Part shown: piece after piece, positions 20,147 to 31,454 of the stretch | How positions within the stretch are numbered: the stretch's first letter is position 1 | Layout of the letters: every line of letters begins with the position of its first letter | Assembly: GCA_964612335.1 (NCBI GenBank) | Contig: CAZTDU010000014.1 | Span: 288 to 64,287, forward strand | Source: an uncultured Enterobacteriaceae bacterium | GTDB taxonomy: Bacteria > Pseudomonadota > Gammaproteobacteria > Burkholderiales > SG8-39 | Length of the DNA stretch: 64,000 nt | Direction of reading: 5' to 3' | The notes under the pieces: model-generated | Databases searched by the model: none | What the model was told of the DNA's origin: nothing | Seen by the model: the letters and a program-made list of their open reading frames with translations, nothing else | Translations under genes and position numbers: made by a program

Positions 20147-22585
20147 ATGACTGCCGATTTCGACCTCGCCGTTCCACTATGGACCCATGAACCGGCAAGT
20201 CGCCCGGATCGCGCCCGCATCCGCGCCCGTATCGCCGGAATGCATTGCTCGCTGTGCACGGGGACCATCGAGAAGGCGCTTGGCCGTCACGAAGGCGTGG
20301 ACGCGGTCACCGTGAACCTGACCCATGAACAGGCGCTGGTCGAGTACGACCCGCGCAGAGTGCAGCCGCAAGCGCTGCTCTCAACCCTGCGCCAGATGGG
20401 TTACTCAATTTCCGACCCGCGCAAGCTGAAGCCGTTCGAAGAGGAGGAGCGTCAACTGGTGCAAGAGGGTCGCCGCTTTCTCTGGGCCACCGTTTTCAGT
20501 CTGGGTTCGCTGACGCTCATCGCGCGCCCCGGGGATTTCTGGTACGCCGTGCTGGAGGCCTTCGTGGCCCTGGGCCTGCTCGCGCTCGTCTTTCTGGTGT
20601 TGCGCGCCCAGGGGTTGTGGAACGCCGTGGCTGGAACGTCAGGCGCGCTGGCGCTGGTAGTGGGCCTTTCCTGGCTCAAACAGGCGGGGACGCTGGAGGG
20701 CTGGGATGCGTGGATAGCCGCAGTGTTGGCCGTCTCAGTAGTGTTTTTCCTGGCGCGCCACATTCTTGCGATCGCGTGGCAGTCCCTGCGGCGCGGCATC
20801 ATCAACCAGCATGTGCTCCTCGAAGCCGCGGCCTTCGCGGGGCTGGCCGGCGGCGTCTACGGCCTTTCGGCGGGCGGACCGGACTTTCCCACGGCACCGT
20901 TCTTCTGCGTGGCTGTGATGGTCTGCAACTATCACATCTTTTCGGAATGGCTGTCCCTGATCGTCAAAACGCGCAGTTCGCAGGCGGTGCGGCGGCTCCT
21001 GGCGTTGCAGCCGGAGACCGCTTGCGTGCTGCGCGATGGACGCGAAACGGAGCGCCGCATCGAGGACGTTGCCGTGGGCGACCTGGTACGCATTCGGCCG
21101 GGCGAACGCATTCCCGTGGACGGCTCGGTCGCCGAAGGCCATTCGGCCGTGGATCAATCACTGGTCACCGGTGAGCCGTTGCCGGTTGAACGCGTCGCGG
21201 GCGACGACGTCATCGGGGGATCGATGAACGGGCTGGGCACGCTTCTGGTACGGGTGACGGCGGTCGGGGAGTCGAGCTTTCTGCACCGTGTGGTGCGCGA
21301 AGTCGAGGATGCGCGCGCCCTGAAACCCGGCATGCTGCATCTCGTCGATCGGGTGTTGAAGGTATATGCGCCCGCGGTGCTCACGCTGGCGCTGCTTGCC
21401 ATGCTGGGCTGGCTGATTCTGCCAATGCTTGCCGGCACTGATTCCGATATGGAGCGGGCGGTGTTCGCGGGGTTGACGGTACTGGTGATGGGTTATCCGT
21501 GCGCCCTCGGCATCTCCGCGCCATTGTCCATCGTTCGCGGCGCTGGAGAAGCGGCGGAGCGCGGGATACTGATGCGCACGGGCGAAGCCTTCCAGGGTTT
21601 CCGACTGGCCACCCATGTGGTTTTTGACAAGACCGGCACGCTCACCGAGGGCAAGCCCAGACTGCGCGAACTCGAAGCGGTCAGCGGAACGGAGTCCGAT
21701 TTGCTCGGATTGGCCGCGGCGGCGGAGTCCGCGTCGGAACACCCCTTGGCCAAGGCGGTGATGAATGCTGCCCTGGAGCAGGGCGTCACACTGCCTGAGC
21801 TTGAGAATTTTGAAGCGGTCCCCGGACGCGGCGTACGAACCACATCGGCAGGAAGCGAAATCCTGGTCGGTAACCCTCGCTTCCTCGAGGAAAATGGCGT
21901 TTCGTTCGATCCATTGCGCGTCCGTACCGAAACTCTCGAGAAAGCGGGACGCACGGTGGTCATGGTTGCGCGCGCGAAGCGCGTACTGGGTCTGCTCGCT
22001 TTCGGGGACGCGCTCCGCCCGGGAGCGGCGGGTACCGTGTCAGCGTTGCGCCGTGCAGGTGTGCGCACAGTGTTGATGAGCGGCGACAATGCCGCGGCCT
22101 CCCGGAGGATCGCCGCTGAGGCGGGTATAGACGACGTCCACGGCGGGCTTTTGCCGCAGGACAAGGCGGCGTTGATCCGTACCTTGCAAAGCAACGGCAA
22201 CGTCGCCATGGTCGGTGACGGAATCAACGACGCTCCGGCGCTGATGCAGGCCAACGTGGGCATCGCGATGGGCGGCGGCACCGATATCGCCATCGATTCG
22301 GCGGACATCATCATTTTGAACAACCGCCTGGAAGCGTTGCTCGATGCCCGCGAGATCAGCCGCTGGAGCTACCGCAAGATGGTGCAGAACGTGTGCCTCG
22401 CGGTGACGTTCAATGGAATCGGTGTGCCGCTCGCCGCAACGGGGCTGGTCTATCCGATCTGGGCGATGGCGGCGATGGCCATCAGCGTGACGGCAATCTT
22501 CATCAATTCGCTGCGTGGCCGGCCATGGCTGTTTTTCGACGCGGTGTTGAGCGTCGGGCGCGTACCCGGGCCCGGGGTCGCCTGA
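20147..22585 (+). CDS. Heavy-metal-translocating P1B-type ATPase with non-canonical YPC motif
   Basis: GMHCSLC HMA, TGEP, GYPCALG, DKTGTLT, SEHP, GDGINDAP. Confidence 0.92.
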   Translation: MTADFDLAVPLWTHEPASRPDRARIRARIAGMHCSLCTGTIEKALGRHEGVDAVTVNLTHEQALVEYDPRRVQPQALLSTLRQMGYSISDPRKLKPFEEEERQLVQEGRRFLWATVFSLGSLTLIARPGDFWYAVLEAFVALGLLALVFLVLRAQGLWNAVAGTSGALALVVGLSWLKQAGTLEGWDAWIAAVLAVSVVFFLARHILAIAWQSLRRGIINQHVLLEAAAFAGLAGGVYGLSAGGPDFPTAPFFCVAVMVCNYHIFSEWLSLIVKTRSSQAVRRLLALQPETACVLRDGRETERRIEDVAVGDLVRIRPGERIPVDGSVAEGHSAVDQSLVTGEPLPVERVAGDDVIGGSMNGLGTLLVRVTAVGESSFLHRVVREVEDARALKPGMLHLVDRVLKVYAPAVLTLALLAMLGWLILPMLAGTDSDMERAVFAGLTVLVMGYPCALGISAPLSIVRGAGEAAERGILMRTGEAFQGFRLATHVVFDKTGTLTEGKPRLRELEAVSGTESDLLGLAAAAESASEHPLAKAVMNAALEQGVTLPELENFEAVPGRGVRTTSAGSEILVGNPRFLEENGVSFDPLRVRTETLEKAGRTVVMVARAKRVLGLLAFGDALRPGAAGTVSALRRAGVRTVLMSGDNAAASRRIAAEAGIDDVHGGLLPQDKAALIRTLQSNGNVAMVGDGINDAPALMQANVGIAMGGGTDIAIDSADIIILNNRLEALLDAREISRWSYRKMVQNVCLAVTFNGIGVPLAATGLVYPIWAMAAMAISVTAIFINSLRGRPWLFFDAVLSVGRVPGPGVA

Positions 22586-22750
22586 AACGGCGAATGGCCG
22601 GCCCGTCGAAGATGCGCTTGACGCATGGCCGCCGCGCCGCGTGGAGACCCGGTGTGGGCGGAGAGCTGACTTCGTCTGATTGACGCGGTTGAACACCGTC
22701 GTTGTAAGGATTTCCATGAATCCATGGTCCTGTGCTGAGGAGGAATCACC

Positions 22751-23722
22751 ATGAGTCTGGCTGTACCCGTTCCGGGGCGAATCGCAGCAAGCGCCATCGG
22801 CCTGGCGTTGATGTTCGTCGCGACCGCGGTTCTCGCAGAGCCGATCCGCAACGGCTTCGACCTGGCCGGCGCATTGGTTCCGGCCGAGGAGATCCTGCAG
22901 GGTGGACCGCCGAAGGACGGCATCCCCGCTATCGACAAGCCCGAGTTCGTCGCGGCGGGCAAGGCCCGTGGCCTGCGCGGCAAGGACATGGTGCTCGGCA
23001 TCGCGCGCAACGGCATCGCCAAGGCCTACCCGATCCTGATTCTGAATTGGCATGAAGTGGTGAACGATCGGTTCGGCGCGGAGCCGATCGTGGTGACCTT
23101 CTGCCCGCTGTGCGGGTCGGGCGTTGCGTTCGAGGCGACCGCCGGCGGGCGCGCGCTACAGTTCGGCGTATCGGGGCTGCTGTACAACAGCGACGTGCTC
23201 CTGTACGACCGCGCGACGAGTTCGCTCTGGTCGCAGATCCGCGCGCAGGCGGTCACCGGCCCGTTGAAGGGCGCGCGCCTGGTCCAGGTGCCGATGCTGC
23301 ATATGACCTGGGACGACTGGCGCCGGCGGCATCCGCAGACGCTGGTGTTGAGCGAGCGCACCGGATTCGGGCGCGACTACAGCCGCGATCCCTACGACGG
23401 CTACGACAAGACCGAGGCGCTGATGTTTCCCGCGCGTTTCCGTGCCGAGGGATTCCATCCGAAGGAGCGCGTGCTCGGCGTCCTCGTCGGCGGCAAGGCG
23501 AAAGCGTATCCATTCTCGGAACTCGCCCGGGCGGCGGGCCCCGTTTCGGACATCGTCGGCGGCCAGCGCGTGATCGTCCGCTTCCTGCCGCAAGGGCCGG
23601 CCGCCGAGGCGCAGGACGCGAGCGGCCGCACGCTGGCGACGACGACCCTGTTCTGGTTCGCCTGGGCGGCATTCCATCCCGGGACGGAAATCTTCCGCGC
23701 GCAGAAGCCCACGCCGCGCTGA
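22751..23722 (+). CDS. DUF3179 domain secreted protein (CxxC)
   Basis: Signal peptide; GGPPKDGIPAID, HEVVND, FCPLCGSG, SGLLYNSD..YDRATSSLWSQ. Confidence 0.85.
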   Translation: MSLAVPVPGRIAASAIGLALMFVATAVLAEPIRNGFDLAGALVPAEEILQGGPPKDGIPAIDKPEFVAAGKARGLRGKDMVLGIARNGIAKAYPILILNWHEVVNDRFGAEPIVVTFCPLCGSGVAFEATAGGRALQFGVSGLLYNSDVLLYDRATSSLWSQIRAQAVTGPLKGARLVQVPMLHMTWDDWRRRHPQTLVLSERTGFGRDYSRDPYDGYDKTEALMFPARFRAEGFHPKERVLGVLVGGKAKAYPFSELARAAGPVSDIVGGQRVIVRFLPQGPAAEAQDASGRTLATTTLFWFAWAAFHPGTEIFRAQKPTPR

Positions 23723-23737
23723 GTCCGGCACCTCGGA

Positions 23738-23887
23738 GTGCGGGACCGCCATCGAGCGGATGACATCGTCCAGGAAGCATCGTTGCGCGAACATCGCCCG
23801 CATTGCGCGTCATGCGCACAGGCCCTGCGGGAGTAGCAAGAACTGGAGGCCGGTCTGAGGCGCGCATTCGAGGTGACGATCCCGGCG
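23738..23887 (+). pseudogene. Relic of an ECF sigma factor / zinc anti-sigma pair collapsed by deletion
   Basis: One frame reads VRDRHRADDIVQEASLR (sigma region 2-like) then EHRPHCASCAQALRE*QELEAGLRRAFEVTIPA (HxxxCxxC anti-sigma-like, premature TAG). Confidence 0.55.
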
Positions 23888-24044
23888 CGCTGCGCTCGCA
23901 GGAGAGCGCCATGGCACCGCAGCATCGGCTACGTGCAAACGCGTAGTAGGTATTTGTTCGTAGCAACTCGTGGTTGGCTGGTTCGTCCAATTGGCATGGA
24001 CGGTGCATATCGCACCGAACAGCGAACAACCAAGGAGACACACC

Positions 24045-24233
24045 ATGAAACGTTCCATCCTCGCAGTAGCCGCCCTCAGCCTCGCCATTCCGTTCGCCGC
24101 ATCGGCGCGCCCGGTGGCTTCCTTCAACGACCACGCGGAGCACTACACGGTGAGCGCAGCGGTGACGGACAGCCGCGCGGTCGCGGGGTGGATCGTGCTC
24201 GCGGGCGGCGGGTTCAACTACCCGGCGTACTGA
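24045..24233 (+). CDS. Small secreted hypothetical protein (SFND motif, C-terminal PAY)
   Basis: AAGGAG RBS; MKRSILAVAALSLAIPFAASA signal; RPVASFNDH...FNYPAY. Confidence 0.7.
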   Translation: MKRSILAVAALSLAIPFAASARPVASFNDHAEHYTVSAAVTDSRAVAGWIVLAGGGFNYPAY

Positions 24234-24266
24234 GTCCCGGGCGGGCGTGCTGGAGCCGGGGGCGAA

Positions 24267-25433
24267 TCAGATCGTTTGCGCGTCGAGCGGCACACAGCCG
24301 GTCGGCACGTGGTTCGCCGTGCGTGCGTACTGCGCGGCGATCCAGGGGATCTCTTTCTCGATGCGGATCGTGGCCCGCTTGAGCAGCGTCGGCAAGAACA
24401 TGGTCGTACTGTAGATGCGCGTCCACCGTTGCGTATGTTCGGTCAGGGGCCGCTCGCGCGACTCCCACGACCGGAGCGCCGCGTCGAGATCCGGTGCCTC
24501 GCGCAATGCACTTGCCAGCCCGAGCGCGTTCATCATTGCGTGCCCGGCCCCCTGGGCCAGATACGGCGGCATCGCATGCGCCGCATCCCCCAGCACGGCC
24601 ACGCGCCCGCTCGACCAGCGCTTGAGGCGAATCGTCTGGAAGTGATCCCAGCGCGCCTGCTCCCAATCGGCCTGGTCACGGATCCGGACGAACAGATCGT
24701 GCAGGAACGGGAACGAGCGCGCCCACGCTGCGGGGTCGATCGGCGTCGTCCGCCCAGCCTGATCGCTCACCGTGCAAGTGAGTAGCACATAGAACTCGCC
24801 TCTGGACACCGGGCAGAAGAGCACGCGGCGCTTGTCCGCCCACGCTTCGATCATCACGGTGCCGCCCCCGTCATCGGCCGCGATCTCAGCCGGCAGACGC
24901 GGAATGGTGACCCGCACCCCGCCGTCCCGGCCCCAGATGCGATGCTTCAACAAGCCGAGCGAATCGCGGACCGCGGAATTCACCCCGTCGGCCGCCACGA
25001 CGAGGTCCGCTCGCTGCTGGCGTCCATCGCGAAACGCAATCACGCCATCGGGTGTCGCGCCGACGACTTCGGACTCGAAGTGAATCGTCGCGCCGGCTTC
25101 GAGCGCGCGGCCTGCGAGCAGATTGACGATGTGCTGGCGATCGATGCGATAGGGGCTGCGAATCGTCTTGGCGCTCATGACCACATTGCCGTGCCGATCC
25201 GCGGAGTCGCGCCGGTCGATATGCATGCCGCCTGCGAGCACCTGCTTCAGCAGTCCGAATGTGGCGAAGATGTGCGCCATGTTCCGATGGATCGCGATGC
25301 CATAGCCCTCGCCGCGCAGCGAGGCGCGCCGCTCATGGACGTGCACGCGCCAACCGTGCTCGGCCAGACTGATAGCCGCCACCAGGCCACCGAATCCGGC
25401 ACCGACGACTTCCGCATTACCGGGCTGAACCAC
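24267..25433 (-). CDS. FAD-dependent monooxygenase (MHPCO / aromatic hydroxylase-like)
   Basis: VGAGFGGL, ADGVNSAVR, GDAAHAMPPYLAQGA fingerprints of class A flavoprotein monooxygenases. Confidence 0.85.
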   Translation of the reverse strand: MVQPGNAEVVGAGFGGLVAAISLAEHGWRVHVHERRASLRGEGYGIAIHRNMAHIFATFGLLKQVLAGGMHIDRRDSADRHGNVVMSAKTIRSPYRIDRQHIVNLLAGRALEAGATIHFESEVVGATPDGVIAFRDGRQQRADLVVAADGVNSAVRDSLGLLKHRIWGRDGGVRVTIPRLPAEIAADDGGGTVMIEAWADKRRVLFCPVSRGEFYVLLTCTVSDQAGRTTPIDPAAWARSFPFLHDLFVRIRDQADWEQARWDHFQTIRLKRWSSGRVAVLGDAAHAMPPYLAQGAGHAMMNALGLASALREAPDLDAALRSWESRERPLTEHTQRWTRIYSTTMFLPTLLKRATIRIEKEIPWIAAQYARTANHVPTGCVPLDAQTI

Positions 25434-25617
25434 TGCTGCCTCGCATCTCGCTGCTACGGTGCCCGATCGTGCCGGAAAATGGACCGGATGACTATTTCGT
25501 CCATGTGCGCGACTTCACGCAGCACGGACGCTATCGCCGCGAGGGCTGGTACGCTCGCTGTCCGCATAGCGGACCCGTGGCGCGGATCCGTCCGAAGCGG
25601 CGCCAGAGGAGACACGC

Positions 25618-26838
25618 ATGAAAAGCATTTCGATACGCATCCCGGGTTCGCAGGGCCATGAACTCGCCGCATTGCTCGATTCCCCGCCCGAGGCGCCGCG
25701 CGCATATGCGCTCTTCGCGCACTGCTTCACCTGTTCCAAGGATTCGAAGGCCGCGGCGTACATCGCGCGCGCGCTCGCCGCGCACGGCATCGCCACGCTG
25801 CGCTTCGACTTCACCGGCCTCGGCATGAGCGAGGGTGAATTCGCCGAGACCGGCTTCTCGTCCAACGTCGAGGACCTGGTCGCCGCCGCCGACTGGCTGC
25901 GCGCCAACCACGCCGCGCCGCAGCTCCTCGTCGGCCACAGCCTGGGCGGCGCGGCGGTGCTGGCGGCCGCGGCGCGCATGCCCGAGGCGCGCGCGGTGGC
26001 GACCATCGCCGCACCCTTCGAGCCCGCGCATGTCGCAAGGCTGGTCGAGCCGGGCCGCGCCGAGATCGAGGCGCGGGGCGAGGCCGAGGTAAACATCGGC
26101 GGCAGGCCGTTTCGCGTGCGCCAGGCCTTCCTCGACGACCTGCAGTCGCAGCGCCCGGCCGAGGCGATCCGTGCGCTCGGCAAGGCGCTGATGGTGTTCC
26201 ATTCGCCCCGCGACGCCATGGTCGACATAGACAACGCAGCCCAGATCTTCATGGCGGCCAGGCACCCGAAGAGCTTCGTGTCGCTGGACGATGCCGACCA
26301 CCTGCTGACCAGCCAGGCGCATGCGGCGTACGTCGCCGACGTGCTCGCCGCGTGGGCCTCGCGTTACCTCGATCCGCTGCCGGCGAGCGACGCGCCGGTG
26401 CATGGCGTGCACGTCGCCGAGACCGGCGAGGGGCGCTTTGCGCAACTCATACTCGCCGGCAGGCACCGGTTGCGCGCCGACGAGCCGGTGGCCATCGGCG
26501 GTGCCGATTCCGGGCCTTCGCCCTACGAACTGCTGCTTGCCGCGCTCGGTGCCTGCACGGCGATGACCATGCGCATGTACGCGGCGCAGAAGAAATGGCC
26601 GCTCGCGCGCGTCAGCGTGGACCTGCGGCACGAGAAGATCCACGCCACCGACTGCGCCGAATGCGAAACGAAGGAAGGCCGCATCGACCGCATCCAGCGC
26701 GAGATCCGCATCGAGGGCGCGCTGGACGACGCCCAGCGCGCGCGCCTGATGGAGATTGCGGACCGCTGCCCGGTGCACCGCACGCTGCATGCGGAGGTGC
26801 TGGTGGTCTCCAGGCTCGCCGGAGACGCGGTCGTGTAA
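25618..26838 (+). CDS. Bifunctional alpha/beta hydrolase - OsmC family protein
   Basis: [15 protein letters not shown]; C-terminal [20 protein letters not shown]...CPVHRTL. Confidence 0.9.
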   Translation: MKSISIRIPGSQGHELAALLDSPPEAPRAYALFAHCFTCSKDSKAAAYIARALAAHGIATLRFDFTGLGMSEGEFAETGFSSNVEDLVAAADWLRANHAAPQLLVGHSLGGAAVLAAAARMPEARAVATIAAPFEPAHVARLVEPGRAEIEARGEAEVNIGGRPFRVRQAFLDDLQSQRPAEAIRALGKALMVFHSPRDAMVDIDNAAQIFMAARHPKSFVSLDDADHLLTSQAHAAYVADVLAAWASRYLDPLPASDAPVHGVHVAETGEGRFAQLILAGRHRLRADEPVAIGGADSGPSPYELLLAALGACTAMTMRMYAAQKKWPLARVSVDLRHEKIHATDCAECETKEGRIDRIQREIRIEGALDDAQRARLMEIADRCPVHRTLHAEVLVVSRLAGDAVV

Positions 26839-26877
26839 CGCGGCTTGAGCGATAATCACCCCTTCCCCGGGGAGACC

Positions 26878-28724
26878 ATGAACACGTTCCAGGAGGTGCT
26901 GGCCGCGCGCCTGTCGCGCCGTGATGTGCTCAAGGGCGCGCTTGCGCTCGGGCTTGCCGGTGCGCTGCCGGGTTACGCCGCGCGCGGCCCGTCTCCTGCG
27001 ATCGGCTTCACGCCTGTCGCCGTATCGTCTGACGACGCGCTGCGCGTGCCGCCAGAGTACGAGGCTCGCGTGCTTTACCGCTGGGGCGATGCGGTGGGGT
27101 CTGCCGCCGGCATGCCGGCGTGGAAGCCCGATGCCTCGAACTCCGCGGCGGACCAGGCGCTGCAGTCCGGCATGCATCACGACGGCATGCATTTCTTTCC
27201 GCTGCCGCGCGGCAAGGCGAATTCCTCGCACGGCCTGCTTGCGATCAACCACGAGTACGCCGACGTGCGGCTGCTGTATCCGGCCGGACTCGCGACCTGG
27301 AGCGCGGACGAGGTCGCGAAAGGCCAGCACGCGGTAGGCGTGTCGGTAATCGAGGTCGCGCTGCGCCAGGGCCGCTGGGAAGTGGTGCGTCCGTCGCGCT
27401 ATGCGCGGCGCATCCATGCACGCACCGCTTGCCGCATATCGGGGCCTGCCGCGGGCCACGCCGCGATGCGCACCGCGGCGGACCCTGAGGGGCGCACCGT
27501 GCTCGGCACCTTCGGCGGCTGCGCGCACGGCTGGACGCCCTGGGGCACTTACCTTACCTGCGAAGAGAACGTGCAGTACAACTTCGTCTACCCGGGCGAG
27601 GTGCCTGCCGACCAGCGCCGCTTCGGCTACACCGACAAGGGCCGGCCTTACCGCTGGCAGGAGCACGACGAGCGCTTCGACGCCTCGAAACACCCGCACG
27701 AGCCGAACCGCTTCGGCTGGGTGGTGGAGATCGACCCCTACGATCCGCAGTCCGTGCCGGTGAAGCGCACCGCGCTCGGGCGCATGGCGCACGAGGGCGC
27801 GGCCTGCGCGGTCGGCGCCGATGGCCGGCTCGCCTTCTACATGGGGGATGACCGCGCCTTCGAATACGTCTACAAATTCGTCACCGCGAAGCCGTGGAAC
27901 CCGGCCGATCGCGAGGCCAATCGCGACCTGCTGGACGAAGGCACGCTGTACGCCGCGCGCTTCGATGCCGACGGCAGCGGCGCGTGGCTGCCGCTGGTGC
28001 ACGGCCAGGGGCCGCTCGTCGCGGCGAACGGCTTTCGCGACCAGGGCGAAGTGGTCATCCGCGCGCGCTTCGCCGCCGATGCGCTCGGCGCGACGAAGAT
28101 GGACCGGCCCGAGTGGATCGTGCCGCACCCGGTGACGCGCGAAGTGTTCTGCACCTGCACCAACAACGCCGCGCGCGGGCATGGCCAGCTCGAGGGTGCC
28201 AACCCCGCGAACCGGCGCGAGGGCAACGTCATGGGCCACATCCTGCGCTGGCGCGAAGCCGGCGGCGATGTCGCCGCGACGCGCTTTGCGTGGGACGTGT
28301 TCGTCGAGGCGGGCGACCCGGCGCTGATCGAGCCGGAGAAGCAGGGCAACATCCGCGGCGACATCTTCAGCTGCCCGGACGGTCTGTGGATCGACGCGAT
28401 GGGCACGCTGTGGGTGCAGACAGACATGTCCGGCTCGCGCATCGGCAAGGGCGATTACGCCGGCTTCGGCAACAACCAGATGCTGGCGGTCGACCCGGCT
28501 ACCGGCGTGTTCCGGCGCTTCCTCACCGGGCCGCGCGGCTGCGAGATCACCGGCTTTCACACCACGCCGGACAACCGCACCGCGTTCGTCAACATCCAGC
28601 ACCCGGGCGAGGGCTGGCGCGCGCATCCGCGCGAGGTGTCGAACTGGCCGGACTACGACCCGAACGGCAGGCCGCGTTCGGCCACGGTGGTGATACGCAG
28701 GAAAGACGGAGGCATCGTCGGCAC

Positions 28725-28728
<4 letters not shown>
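26878..28728 (+). CDS. phoX: PhoX family alkaline phosphatase (DUF839), Tat-exported
   Basis: SRRDVLKG Tat motif; [46 protein letters not shown]. Confidence 0.9.
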
Positions 28729-30687
<1,959 letters not shown>

Positions 30688-30701
<14 letters not shown>

Positions 30702-31359
30702 CTCGCCGCCCCTCGTAAATCCCCTGCAATAGCCGCAGGGAGCCCAGGCTCACCGCCTGGTGGTCGATGACGTGGCCGAGCTGCTCGACGATGTCCAGCG
30801 TCACCGGCACGTGCAGCGCCGACAGCACGCGCTCGGCGCGCTCGGCATGCACGCGCGACACGATCGTATCCGCGGCGCCGTGCACCAGGTGGATGCGCGC
30901 GCCGATGCGCGCGCCGGCGCGCGGCAGCCGCGCGAAGCGCGACGCGTAGGCCACCACCGCGCCGGCGATGCCGGGCACCGACTTCGCCATCTCTAGCGCC
31001 ACGGTGCCGCCCTGCGAATAGCCGATCAGCACCGTGCGCCCGGGCGATACGCGGTGCTGCGCCTGCTCGCTCCTTACCAGGCCCTCCAGCCGCGGCAGGA
31101 TCTCGCTGACGCGCTGCACGCGGTTGTCGTCGTTCAGCCCGCGCATCGAGAACCAATCGTTGCGCTCTCCGTCGCAGTCGGCGGCGCGAAAGCCGCTGGG
31201 CAGTACCAGCGCCGCGCTGGGAAAGCGCGCCTGGAAGCGGAACGCGAGCGGGATCATCGACTGCGCGCTGGCGCCGCTGCCGTGCAGGAACACGAACAGG
31301 TGCCCCGGGCGGCGAGCGGGTGCGGGCGAGAAACGATAGGTCTTGTGTGTCAGTGCCAT
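30688..31359 (-). CDS. Phospholipase/carboxylesterase (YpfH-like)
   Basis: FLHGSG, GYSQGG, LVHGAAD, GH motifs. Confidence 0.8.
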
Positions 31360-31454
31360 CGTCCGGGGGCGCCGCCTTTGGCCTCGCCCCGGGGCCATTC
31401 TCGCCCCGCCTCGCGCCTTCTGTAAACTGTTTTCGACCTCTCCGGGAGCATTCC

